Of a stretch of 64,000 nt of DNA, positions 1 to 9,712 are shown one piece after another; position 1 is the first letter of the stretch; each line of letters begins with the position of its first letter. The translations under genes were made by a program, and so were the position numbers. The DNA is from Candidatus Iainarchaeum sp. Lineage in GTDB: Archaea > Iainarchaeota > Iainarchaeia > Iainarchaeales > DTGL01. The notes beneath the pieces are model-generated. The model saw nothing but the letters and a program-made list of their open reading frames with translations, had not been told where the DNA came from and did not search any database. The DNA lies in NCBI GenBank assembly GCA_026396995.1, contig JAPLVS010000054.1, positions 24,052-88,051 on the forward strand, written 5' to 3'.

Positions 1-353
1 ATACCTGGATTGTGAGCACAAGGGATGCGGAATCGATACTCTTGTTCCTTGAAAGCCAGGGAATATGGCTTGAACCTGAAAAAATAATCGACAAGACAGT
101 ATCGCATGAAAAGGACCGGCAGTTCGAATTGCTAGCGCAAAAAACAAGGGTGCCTTTCGCAAAAATGATTTTCTTCGAGGACACATTATACAACGCAATC
201 GACGTGAAAAGGCTTGGAGTGAAAGTTTACCTGAGCACCTGGGGCTTTTCCAAGGAAATGCAGTGGAAAATCGCCGAAACCAAAAGAATCCAGCTCATAA
301 AACAGGAAGACATACTGCCTGTAATCGCAGGCCATGCCGGAGTGCAATTTTAA
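1..353 (+). CDS. C-terminal fragment of a HAD-superfamily-like hydrolase; 5' end lies outside the window
   Basis: The ORF is open to the window edge, so the track start at 12 is a GTG artefact. The C-terminal FFEDTLYNAIDVKRLGV resembles HAD motif IV. Confidence 0.3.
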   Translation, partial: TWIVSTRDAESILLFLESQGIWLEPEKIIDKTVSHEKDRQFELLAQKTRVPFAKMIFFEDTLYNAIDVKRLGVKVYLSTWGFSKEMQWKIAETKRIQLIKQEDILPVIAGHAGVQF

Positions 354-378
354 GGGTTTTGGAACAAGAGGGAATACT

Positions 379-1374
379 ATGGCAACAGAGAAAAGAAAGG
401 AAGAGCACCTGGATATTGCGCTGAAAGAAAGCGTTTCGTTCAGGCATGTGGCAACAGGCCTTGAAAAAGTGCAATTGCAGTACAACTGCCTTCCAGACAT
501 TTCCCTTGAGGACGTTGACACCTCGGCTGAATTCCTTGGAAAAAAATTCAATGCCCCGCTGATGGTGAGCGCAATCACCGGCGGCACAGAAAGGGCAAAA
601 AAAATAAACAGGGATATCGCAAAAGCATGCCAGAAATTAGGCATCGGAATGGGATTGGGCTCGCAGAGGGCAATGCTCGAAAAGCCGGAATTGAAGGATA
701 CCTACTATGTGCGAGATGTTGCGCCTGACATCTTCCTGGCAGGAAATATGGGAGCGACGCAGTTGAGGGATTTTTCTGTTGAAAAAATAGAAAAAGCGCT
801 TTCCGAAGTGGGTGCGGATGCGCTTGCAATCCATTTGAATGCAGCACAGGAAGCGGTGCAGCCTGACGGAACACCGGATTTCAGGGGTGCTTTTGAAAAA
901 ATAGCAGAGCTGTCGAAGAAGCTGAAAAAGCCTGTTTATGTGAAAGAAGTCGGGCACGGAATCGGATGGATTACCGCGAGAAAACTCGCAAAAACAAACA
1001 TCAGGGCAATAGACGTGCAGGGCGCAGGCGGCACATCCTGGATTGGAATTGACTCTTTAAGGGGAAACCGTGAATTGGGCGAAACCTTCTGGGATTTCGG
1101 CATTCCGACCGCGGTGAGCATTTTCGAATGCAGGCAGGAATTCAAGGGCAAAATCATAGCAAGCGGCGGCATCCGCTCAGGATTAGACATAATCAAGGGC
1201 ATAATCCTGGGCGCGGATTTGGGCGGAATAGCCCTGCCTGTGCTCAAGGCGCAGGCAGAAGGCGGCGAAAAAGGTGTGGAAGAATATTTGGAAAAAATAA
1301 TCAGGGAAATAAAAGTCGGGATGTTCCTGCTGAACGCGCGCACAATAGAAGACCTGAAAAGAAAGAAAAAATAG
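379..1374 (+). CDS. fni: Isopentenyl-diphosphate delta-isomerase type 2 (FMN-dependent IDI-2)
   Basis: KRKEEHLDIAL N-terminus, ITGGTE, GSQR and EVGHGIG motifs, and a glycine-rich FMN region (ASGGIRSGLD) are typical of IDI-2. Start is set at MATEKRK because the upstream ATG at 334 gives an atypical leader. Confidence 0.85.
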   Translation: MATEKRKEEHLDIALKESVSFRHVATGLEKVQLQYNCLPDISLEDVDTSAEFLGKKFNAPLMVSAITGGTERAKKINRDIAKACQKLGIGMGLGSQRAMLEKPELKDTYYVRDVAPDIFLAGNMGATQLRDFSVEKIEKALSEVGADALAIHLNAAQEAVQPDGTPDFRGAFEKIAELSKKLKKPVYVKEVGHGIGWITARKLAKTNIRAIDVQGAGGTSWIGIDSLRGNRELGETFWDFGIPTAVSIFECRQEFKGKIIASGGIRSGLDIIKGIILGADLGGIALPVLKAQAEGGEKGVEEYLEKIIREIKVGMFLLNARTIEDLKRKKK

Positions 1375-1393
1375 GAAGTATACATAACCAGCC

Positions 1394-2233
1394 TTATTCT
1401 TTGCTGTTCTTTATCTCGTTCGTTCTCTTCACCGGAATAGGCGATTTTTCAAGCAGGGAGAGGATGCGCTGCTTTTCCACCCCAAGGCCCTTGTATTCAA
1501 TCACAACCGCCCCTGGTTTTTCCACCGAAGCGGAAATGGCTTTTTCTAGCATTTCAAGGTTGAAGTGAGGCAGGGCATATTTCGGGCACATGTGGGAAAA
1601 AGCGTATTCGGTTGAGAGGGCTATTTCTGTAAAATGCGGATTGTAATGGAGGCCGCCGATGCCCACCGCAGGCTTGCAGGCAGGGAAAGAAGTGCGCTCC
1701 ATTATGGTTTCAGCGACCGCAAGACCTGCCTTTTCGTCGCGCCACTGCGTTTCGGTGCTCCCGATCTCGATAAAACAGCATGGCGTTTGAAGGAAAGGGC
1801 CGTGGTGTGTGGCTTCATAGGAAACCTCGAACTGCAGGCCCAGAGCTTCCTTTTTTTCTTTGAGGCCGAGGAGATAATTTTTCATGAGGGCAGCAGAGGA
1901 TTTGCCGAGCATTCGGTCCTGCCCGCCCAATTCCGCTTTTCCCCAATTTCCAACCGGGTGAACGCTTAAAGTGGGGGTGCCGGATTTCGAAGAATGGCGC
2001 GAGGCGAAAATAATGAATTCCGCCCCGAGCGCATCAAGGTCTTCTGAAAAAATGTGCATGGAATCGATAAGGACAAGGCGCAAGCCAGCTTTTTTGGATT
2101 CGAAAAAAGCGTTGCCCTTATAGGATTGCCCTGTTTCAGTGAAATCGAAATTTTCAGAAAGGCGCGAGTAAATGTTCATTCCGCCGATATCTTCCTTGGA
2201 AACAACAATGGTTTTCATTTCAAAAGCCTTCAC
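1394..2233 (-). CDS. dtdA: Archaeal-type D-aminoacyl-tRNA deacylase (DtdA-like)
   Basis: About 279 aa with an SRHSSKSG...THHGP...GGLHYNP motif pattern that resembles the archaeal DTD family (DUF516). Confidence 0.55.
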   Translation of the reverse strand: MKAFEMKTIVVSKEDIGGMNIYSRLSENFDFTETGQSYKGNAFFESKKAGLRLVLIDSMHIFSEDLDALGAEFIIFASRHSSKSGTPTLSVHPVGNWGKAELGGQDRMLGKSSAALMKNYLLGLKEKKEALGLQFEVSYEATHHGPFLQTPCCFIEIGSTETQWRDEKAGLAVAETIMERTSFPACKPAVGIGGLHYNPHFTEIALSTEYAFSHMCPKYALPHFNLEMLEKAISASVEKPGAVVIEYKGLGVEKQRILSLLEKSPIPVKRTNEIKNSKE

Positions 2234-2327
2234 GCCGCCGATGTTTCCTCTAGCACAGCAACGACTTTCATCAGTTCAGATAAATAAAGCAAAAGAAATA
2301 ATAATGGGGAACAGCGTATTCTAATTC

Positions 2328-4019
2328 ATGGAGCAGAGCACTTTCAAACTCGCAGTATATGTCATTGTGGCTTTGGTGCTGGCATACCTCTTTTTCTTCC
2401 AGTTTGCACCGCTATACCTTTGGAAGGAAGCGCCGCAGGAAGTAGTCAAAAAAAACCTGGACAAGGCAGAAACCCAGCTCGGGGTTTTTGCTTCACAAGA
2501 GGGAACATTCACGGCAGGCTACACCGTGAAAGCCGAGGGCTTCGAATCGCCTGACAGGGCCGTGGTGTTCAACTGCAACAAAGACCTGTTCTGCTGCGAG
2601 AAAGGGGAAGACTGCGAAAAAGCGGTACAATGGGACAACACCGGCATAAAGAGGTATTTCTCCTTCAGCCAGGAAAAAATTGTCCCAATCTCCACAAGGT
2701 GCAGGTACGAAAAAATATACATTTGCAAGGTTTATCTCGGCGAAGAGCCGGCGCAGGCAAAAATCGATAAACTCGAATTAGACACGCAGGAATTGGACCT
2801 GGCCGAATCAAACACCCTGAAGGCGGCCTTTGAAGTTGAAAACACAGGCAAACAGGACATGATTGCACTGGAAGTAAAAGCGAGGGTTTTCAAAAAACTG
2901 GAAAGCAGCGACGGCGCAGTGGAAAAAATCTTCAAAAAAGAATTCTCAAAAGAATTCCCGCTCGAAAGCGGGGCAAAACAGGAAGGCGAACTTGAAATAG
3001 AAATAACTGAAAACGGGGATTACGAAGTGGAAATAACCGCGGTCGAAAAAACAGACGAAACAAACTATGAAACAAAAACACTTGAAGCAAAAGCATTCGG
3101 GGAAGTTACAATAGAAGAATGCGTCGAACAGGAAATGCCAGCACAGGAAAAACAAAAATGCGATTATTTGCTGCCCTGCAAATGCAAAACACAGATTGAA
3201 TGCGAAGCATACTGGAGGGAAAAATTAGACATTCCCATAGGGGAAAATCTCGGAGTGCAGAGCCAGGACGAAAAAACACAGGAAATAGTATTGGAATACC
3301 TGACAGGGGCAATCCCGGCCTGGTGCGATGAAAAAACAATGGATTGCACAGGCGAATGCATTGCACCGGCAACCTGCACTGCATTGGCCTGCAGCGAAGA
3401 CAAGCAGAACTGCGTGATATGGCTGCCATGCGACTGCGGGGGAGAAACAGACATCTCGCAGTGCATGGCCTTATGGAGCCCGAAAATCGGGGCAAACGCA
3501 TTAAAACAAGACCCGACAAGCGGAAAGCTCTATGTTGAAGGGCAAAAGCAGACAGTGCTGCTGGATGAATTCTGTTACGTGTGCAATAGATTGGTGCAAA
3601 AAACAGCAACAAAATGCATCCTTCCGACAATCGGCTCATGCGGCAGCCAGCCGGCAACACCGCCTGAAATACCGCAGCCACAGCAGCCTGAGCCGGAAAA
3701 ACCAGCAGAATGCGTGGACGGGCAGCCACAGACAGCCGGATGCGTTATTTTAACCAAAAACAAGGAATGCGTTGCTGTCCTGCCCTGTGTTTGTATGAGC
3801 CTAGGGGACTGCACACAGGCATGGACCAAAAAGATAATCGCGGAATGGAGCCTGTCAAAAGCCCCAACCATCTCATCTTACACATACAATGGGAAAGAAC
3901 AACCGGCAATCATAGGAAAATATGAGGGGGAGTGCCCCAACTGCCTAACGTATGTTGGCGGGTGCAGTTTCTCAGAAGCAGGAATCATAGGCACAACTTT
4001 AGCCCAGCATTGCCAATAG
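2328..4019 (+). CDS. Hypothetical membrane-anchored, acidic, cysteine-rich surface protein
   Basis: N-terminal TM helix (VYVIVALVLAYLFFF), a D/E-rich body, and three LPC[KDV]C..C repeats (LPCKCKTQIEC, LPCDCGGETDISQC, LPCVCMSLGDC). No recognisable enzyme motif. Confidence 0.5.
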   Translation: MEQSTFKLAVYVIVALVLAYLFFFQFAPLYLWKEAPQEVVKKNLDKAETQLGVFASQEGTFTAGYTVKAEGFESPDRAVVFNCNKDLFCCEKGEDCEKAVQWDNTGIKRYFSFSQEKIVPISTRCRYEKIYICKVYLGEEPAQAKIDKLELDTQELDLAESNTLKAAFEVENTGKQDMIALEVKARVFKKLESSDGAVEKIFKKEFSKEFPLESGAKQEGELEIEITENGDYEVEITAVEKTDETNYETKTLEAKAFGEVTIEECVEQEMPAQEKQKCDYLLPCKCKTQIECEAYWREKLDIPIGENLGVQSQDEKTQEIVLEYLTGAIPAWCDEKTMDCTGECIAPATCTALACSEDKQNCVIWLPCDCGGETDISQCMALWSPKIGANALKQDPTSGKLYVEGQKQTVLLDEFCYVCNRLVQKTATKCILPTIGSCGSQPATPPEIPQPQQPEPEKPAECVDGQPQTAGCVILTKNKECVAVLPCVCMSLGDCTQAWTKKIIAEWSLSKAPTISSYTYNGKEQPAIIGKYEGECPNCLTYVGGCSFSEAGIIGTTLAQHCQ

Positions 4020-4048
4020 GCAATTCCGCCTGCTGAATTCTTTAATTC

Positions 4049-4543
4049 TTATTTTTCGTAAGCTGCCTGCACTTTGCCCAGCGCCTTTTCAATCATTGAA
4101 ACGGATTCTTCGAGCTCCCTGCGATACCAGTGCCTGAAGGCGGCCGCAAGGTCATCGCGCTCCGCATCAGGCGCAGGATTCAGCGAATAAAAGCCCTTTT
4201 CGTGCACGACAAAGCCAAGCGCGCAGAGGCGGTTTAGGTGGTAGCGGACAAGCTTTTCTGAAATGGAAATGCCTTTGTTCTTTTCAAGAAAAGCCTTGAT
4301 TTGCTGCGAGGAAGGATTCTCCTTTTTGGAAAAAACAAAGAAAAAAAACGAATCAAGGATTTCAATAACAGTGGAGCGCGACTCGTTCTCGCTTATGAGG
4401 CCAATAGAAAGCGCAATCCAGCGGAGAAGGGATTTTTTAGTAAGGAGCACCTGCGGAGGAAGGTCCATTCTCCTGAAGGTAAACGTTTTCCTTACAAGGT
4501 CAGATTCAGGGTGCCTCACATGCCCACCAAAGAGTTTTTCCAC
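4049..4543 (-). CDS. Winged-helix (ArsR/MarR-like) transcriptional regulator
   Basis: C-terminal LVRYHLNRLCALGFVVHEKGFYSL is a typical wHTH recognition helix plus wing. 164 aa. Confidence 0.4.
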   Translation of the reverse strand: MEKLFGGHVRHPESDLVRKTFTFRRMDLPPQVLLTKKSLLRWIALSIGLISENESRSTVIEILDSFFFFVFSKKENPSSQQIKAFLEKNKGISISEKLVRYHLNRLCALGFVVHEKGFYSLNPAPDAERDDLAAAFRHWYRRELEESVSMIEKALGKVQAAYEK

Positions 4544-4621
4544 CGGAAATATAATATTCCATATATTTTTTAACCATTATTTTTAATCTGTTTGCTGTTA
4601 TACGGTTAAATTAAGCATAAA

Positions 4622-5014
4622 ATGAACATACATGCCCTGCAAGGAGGGGAGAGGATGGCAGTCTTTGTAAACAGCCGCTTTACGCCATTGAGGATGGTCT
4701 TATCAAGAAGGGAGCCGGTACAGCTGACCCTTTACCTGCGAAATGAAAACGACAAGGAAACAAAACTGACAGTGAGAATAACGCTTTCAACGCGCCTTTC
4801 ATTCACAAAAGGCGGGTTCAAGAACAGCGAGCTTGTGAGAATCGATTCAATAAAACCCAACGAGGAAAAAACACTGTACTTCCAGATATTCCCGAAAGCC
4901 AGCACAGACCCAGGTGACGAGCCAGTGGAAGTAAGAGTGCAGGAACACTATGGGAATTTCCAGTTCGCAGACAAGCAATACGAAAACACAATCACGCTGA
5001 AAGTGGACGAATAA
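4622..5014 (+). CDS. Hypothetical small beta-rich protein
   Basis: 130-aa ORF with good coding appearance, followed by hairpin GGCCGGCTG-caaaaa-CAGCCGG. No motif recognised. Confidence 0.4.
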   Translation: MNIHALQGGERMAVFVNSRFTPLRMVLSRREPVQLTLYLRNENDKETKLTVRITLSTRLSFTKGGFKNSELVRIDSIKPNEEKTLYFQIFPKASTDPGDEPVEVRVQEHYGNFQFADKQYENTITLKVDE

Positions 5015-5984
5015 ACCTTTTTCAGGCCGGCTGCAAAAACAGCCGGTTATGTATCTTCTTTATACATAATATACGTTTCACGCCAGACGCCAGTGGCACA
5101 AAGAGAACAAGGCATAATGCCCTTCACAGGCTTCCGGGCCTAAGAATTTTACACATAATCTTGGACAAAGCTTTCCGCGAACCAATTTTTTAGGGATTCA
5201 GATTCTTCCTCAGAATGCCCTAAAAAGCCCAATTTGCAGTTTTGCCTAGGCATTTTGGCTTGCTTTTTCTGCAATCCCGCCCCTCCGCGGATTTTTGCAA
5301 TCCAGGCAATAGCCCAGGCAGCACCTGAGCAAAATTCCAGTAATTTCCATGCACCACCGGCAGAATTTCCAGCGCCTGGCACGCCCGGAATTTTAAGCCA
5401 CTCCGGGAATTCAAGCCATTCCGGAAAAGGCGTTTCAAAGCCACCCCGGACAGGGTTTGATACATAACAATAATACCCATTTTTGCGGTTTTATACATAA
5501 TGAGGCCTTTTCAGCCATTTCCAAAAACCACCCAAAACAGGCCCAAAAAACAGCGTTTTCTGCACTTTCAGGCATGTGGGAGTGCAGAATTATGCGGTTT
5601 CATGCTTTGCAGCATAATAGAAGTTAGACCGCAATTCAAAGGGTTTCTATCTGCAAAAGCCGATTAAGGCCATTCAAAGCAATTCAGATGGTTCCGCATG
5701 TTTGTTATGTATAAAGTTGCCTGGCGTTAGGTGGGCTGCAATGTGCTCCGGTGGATTTTCCAGAATGCTTTTGATTTTAGAATGCTTTTGATTTTTCTTG
5801 TGCTTCGCTTGCGGACCTTCCCTTTCATCCGATTCATCTTGTCGCGAAGCCGGCAAATTTCCAGAAAACCTTCTTTCGTATTATGCCTGTTTTCTTTGAT
5901 TATCGCAAGGATTTGCACCAGAGCCGGAAATATCTTTTTCCGCAATGCATCGCTGGCGCCAATTTGCGTGTCCAAGATTGTGTG

Positions 5985-6497
5985 TTATTTTACTTTCTTT
6001 CGCCCGGCGCGCCTGTATATTGGCCGCGTGTCATCCAGTGCCGGGTCCAGTTTTTCCTGGATTCGGGTCAGCCTGCGGAACATTTTGCTGTACTGCGAGC
6101 GGAAAGCACCTGTGTCCTCGCCAAGAATTTGCTTCAGCGCATCAAGCGCTTCGGCCCTTCCAACTTTCGACTTGGATTTTCCAGGCTTAAAATTGAATCC
6201 GATGGCCCGTGAATAAAGCCAGTGGACCGCAGCCCTTTTGCCAGGGTCAAACAGCCCTATCTTGGTCAATACAAGGCCGACCGCCTGTTCCCTTGTTTTT
6301 CTAAGCCTGGCCTGCCTGAGCCTTTCTTCGTTCGCCCCTGGCTTATCGGCTTCAAGGGCGTTTTGCCAGGCAAGGCGTTTTGCTTTCTGCCTGACCGACC
6401 TTGAGCCCCATTTCGGGATAGGTTTGCGGAGCAGCGAGCCCCTTGTTTCACTGCACCGCGCCGGAACTTTTTTTGGCTTAATTTCCCTTATCGGCAT
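5985..6497 (-). CDS. Hypothetical highly basic protein, possibly continued by the out-of-frame ORF 5727-5975
   Basis: 170 aa, K/R-rich. The adjacent 82-aa basic ORF on the same strand in another frame suggests a frameshift. No motif recognised. Confidence 0.3.
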   Translation of the reverse strand: MPIREIKPKKVPARCSETRGSLLRKPIPKWGSRSVRQKAKRLAWQNALEADKPGANEERLRQARLRKTREQAVGLVLTKIGLFDPGKRAAVHWLYSRAIGFNFKPGKSKSKVGRAEALDALKQILGEDTGAFRSQYSKMFRRLTRIQEKLDPALDDTRPIYRRAGRKKVK

Positions 6498-6580
6498 ATA
6501 TTGATTATTGAAAAATCCTTTTTTAATCCTGCCAGAAAAAGCAGGCGAACGACAACCGGCGCGCAGGAATGCCGGGGTTG

Positions 6581-7849
6581 TTATTTTTCCAGCGGCAGCA
6601 GCTTTGCAAACGCATATTCTTCTGTCTGCAGGTATTGCCTTGAAATGCGCTTGATGTCTGCCGCGCTGACGGCCCTGATTTTTTCAAGGAATTGTTCCGG
6701 GGAATGCCAGCCGTACTGGAGGCTCTCGGTTGCCATTCTTGCCCTGTTGAAGGAATTTTCCATTTCAATTGCCTTGGAGCCAGTCACCTGGCTTTTGATT
6801 CTTGCCAAAGTGCGGCTGTCAACCTCTTTTTTTTGCAGTTTTTAAAATTCCTTCAGCACAAGCCCTTTGGCTTCCTTTATTTTTTCAGGCTTTGTTGAAA
6901 AGTAAACCGCAAATGCCCCGTGGGTTTTTTCAACGTCAAGATAGGCGCTCACCTGGTAGCTCAGGCCTCTTTTTTCCCTTATTTCCTGCAGGAGCCTGGA
7001 GCTTATGCCGCCGCCAAGATAGCATTCAATCAATTCCATTGCAAAGTAATCCTCGTGCCCTGCAGCCATTACCGGAAAGCCGAGGCAGCAGTGCGCCTGC
7101 TCTGCTTTGGTCCTTGACTCCCTTTCCACGGCTTTTGGTTTCATGGGCTTTTGCTTTGCGGTTTTCTTCCTGCCGGGCCTGAAAGAAAATGCGCTTTCTA
7201 TTTCTGCAGTGATTTGCGGTTCAGGCAGGGAAGTTGAAATCCCGAAAACGCAGTTCTTCGAAAGATAGTTTTTCCTGAGGCATTTTCCGAGTTTTTTTGG
7301 GGTTATCCCGCCCACTGTTTTTTCGGTGCCAAGAATGCTTCTGTTGAACGGCGGCTCCAATGCTATTTCCGTAAATTCCTCGAAAAGCCTTTTTACAGGG
7401 TGGTCTTTTACCTCGCGGATTTCATTCAGTATTATTTTTTTTTCGGTTTCAACATGCTTTTCCCCGAAGAAAAAATCGTTGAAGCATTCCCCGAACACCC
7501 TTATCGGCAGGGCAAAATCTGCGTTCTGAATCCTGTTATAATAATGGGTTTCCTCAACCGACGTGAAAGCGTTCAGCTCTCCGCCTTTTCCCTCGATAAG
7601 GTCGAAGGGCTTTTTCCTTCCTAATTTTTTTGAACCGGAAAGGAAAACATGCTCCAGGAAATGCCCGATCCCTGCCTCGCTTTTTTTCTCAAAAACCGGG
7701 CCATAATTGACACAAAAATCAAGGCCGGCGGTTTTGCCTGGAAACGGCTCTATTGCAAGGACAAGCCTGTTCTCAAGCAAAACTTTCTGCATTGAAAGAA
7801 GTTGTTTGGAAAGAAATAAAAAAGCAGGTGGCTTTGCCCCCGCGGTCAC
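6581..7849 (-). pseudogene. M16-family (pitrilysin/insulinase-like) zinc peptidase split into a 335-aa N-part (6842-7849) and a 75-aa C-part (6581-6808) by a frameshift at an A8 run
   Basis: The inverted zincin motif GHFLEH...E lies in the N-part. The C-part carries the typical M16 C-terminal VSAADIKRISRQYL. The two frames overlap at the coding-strand poly-A stretch 6822-6836. Could be a sequencing error rather than a true pseudogene. Confidence 0.6.
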
Positions 7850-7902
7850 TTTAAACGAACAAGATTAAAAGATTAAAAATAAAGAGAAAAGCGGGGCAGG
7901 CT

Positions 7903-8067
7903 TATTTTGCTTCGCCTGCTTTCGCCTTGGCTTTAGCCCTGCCAAAGTTTGCATATTTCCTGTATTTTGTTTTTGTCCAGGGTTCAGGCTGTTTTGCCCT
8001 CATTTTGCGCTCTTCCTCGAGCAGTTTGAGCCTAAACTCCTCAGTTGCTTTAAACGGAAACTCCATG
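7903..8067 (-). CDS. Possible small basic protein (54 aa; MEFPFKATEEFRLKLLEEERKMRAKQPEPWTKTKYRKYANFGRAKAKAKAGEAK)
   Basis: Not in the ORF track because it is under 60 aa. Found by manual translation, immediately upstream of the M16 gene on the same strand. Coordinates are approximate to within 1-2 nt. Confidence 0.2.
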
Positions 8068-8155
8068 CTAAAACCCCCTTAACACAAATCCAAAAATCGA
8101 ATCAAAAAATAGACTCTATAATATATACTGCGCCTGTTATATAAAAGCTTATTGC

Positions 8156-9073
8156 TTGCCTTTTTTCAACCAAAAAAACACCGAAAACATTAAATTTTCG
8201 GACTTCGTTATTAGATGCATGCCCCAAGACCAGCCTGAATTCGGCAAAACCGCCGCTTTGGCCAGATTAAGGGACGAGCTGGCGGTAGCAGGTTATTCAG
8301 CAAGGACCGCGGAGATGTACCTTGGGTATGTAGAAGACATGCTGGATTTCTCCAAAAAAGCCCCGGAAACCATTACACGGGATGATGTAATGGCCTTCCT
8401 TTCAAAAAAGAGTGCAGAAAACGTGAAGGGCGCAACAATGGCTCTTGTCTATGCCGCCCTGAAATTCTATTTCCATGCGCACCTCAAGCGCAAGATAATG
8501 GAGGACATCAAGCGCCCAAAAAAGGCAAAAAAGCTGCCGGCAGTCATGACCAAGGATGAAGTCAGAGCCATCATAAATGTTGCCTCGGGCACGCAGAACC
8601 GCCTAATCCTCGGGCTGCTTTATTCGAGCGGCCTGAGAGTCAGCGAAATAGTGAACCTCAAGATTGGGAGCCTGGACCTGAAGGAAAAAACAGCCGCAGT
8701 GCGGGGCGGAAAAGGCAACAAGGACCGCATGGTGATCCTTTCAGAATCCTGGGCAAAAGAATTCGGCGAGTTTGTTTCAAAAAGGAAGGCCCAAAGCGAG
8801 TTTGCCTTCTGCAAGAAAAACTGCAAACCGATAAGCGTTGACACGGTGCAGAGGCTTGTGAGGAAATGCAGGAAGCTGGCTGGAATTGAAAAAAACATAA
8901 CGCCCCACTCCTTCAGGCACAGCTTTGCAACACATCTCCTCGAGGCAGGCGAGAACATCAGGAAAATACAGGAACTGCTTGGCCATTCAAGCCTTTCCAC
9001 AACACAAATTTACACAATGATCTCAACAGAGGAATTGAAAAAAGTGAAAAGCCCGCTGGATTCGCTTAAATAG
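8156..9073 (+). CDS. xerA: Tyrosine recombinase (XerA/XerC-like integrase family)
   Basis: C-terminal catalytic signature ...R...HSFRHSFATHLLEAG...LGHSSLSTTQIYT (R, H-x-x-R, H, Y). The N-terminal SAM-like core-binding region is AGYSARTAEMYLGYVEDMLDF. The real start may be the internal MPQDQ. Confidence 0.7.
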   Translation: MPFFNQKNTENIKFSDFVIRCMPQDQPEFGKTAALARLRDELAVAGYSARTAEMYLGYVEDMLDFSKKAPETITRDDVMAFLSKKSAENVKGATMALVYAALKFYFHAHLKRKIMEDIKRPKKAKKLPAVMTKDEVRAIINVASGTQNRLILGLLYSSGLRVSEIVNLKIGSLDLKEKTAAVRGGKGNKDRMVILSESWAKEFGEFVSKRKAQSEFAFCKKNCKPISVDTVQRLVRKCRKLAGIEKNITPHSFRHSFATHLLEAGENIRKIQELLGHSSLSTTQIYTMISTEELKKVKSPLDSLK

Positions 9074-9304
9074 CCTTTTAGCCTGCGCCGGTGCTTTTTA
9101 AACCGCAAAGAGGGCCCCCCTGCTTCCGGTATTACGGCTTGCCTGGCACGGCAACCCCCAATAGCGGTTATGTTTAAGTTTCATTTTGCCTGAAAAAACC
9201 TGCAAAAAAACCCAAAAAAGGAAAAGCCGCCTTTGTTCACTTTATCCAATAAATTTAAATAGTAGAACATCGTTAATAATAGTTAAATTTGCAAGGCATT
9301 AAAC

Positions 9305-9574
9305 GTGCAGGAGGTAGGTCCCATGACATTGAGGCTTTCAGAGCTGTTTGGAATGGACATTTACACGACTGACGCCGAGAGGAGAGGGAAGGTTTTCGAC
9401 CTTGTAATAAACCTTGAAAAAGGAAGGATTGAAACCATTACCACGGAGCCTTTAAAGGCAACCTCGAAAGCGGAAGCGAAGAAAATAATAAGCGAAAAAA
9501 GCATTCCGTACAGCAAGGTAATATCCGCCAAAAACATTATTTTAATCTCCACAAAAGGCGAAGTGCAGAGATAA
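9305..9574 (+). CDS. PRC-barrel domain protein
   Basis: LSELFGMDIYTTDAERRGKVFDLVINLEKGRI is a typical PRC-barrel core. 89 aa, followed by hairpin GCCAAG..CTTGGC plus a T-run. Confidence 0.5.
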   Translation: MQEVGPMTLRLSELFGMDIYTTDAERRGKVFDLVINLEKGRIETITTEPLKATSKAEAKKIISEKSIPYSKVISAKNIILISTKGEVQR

Positions 9575-9712
9575 AAAGAACAAAAAGCGGAAATAATGAG
9601 CAATTAAAATCAAATTACCGGCCAAGCAGCAAGTGTCTTGGCTGTTTTTTATTTCAATTTATGTTTTAAATTTATGTATTTTATATATACATAAGAAAAG
9701 TTTTGTTGTTAG

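Noticed and set aside
5731-6216. Plus-strand ORFs of 161, 109 and 81 aa
   Set aside because: They are hydrophobic or Cys-rich junk-like translations antisense to the basic-protein ORF. No motifs were found.
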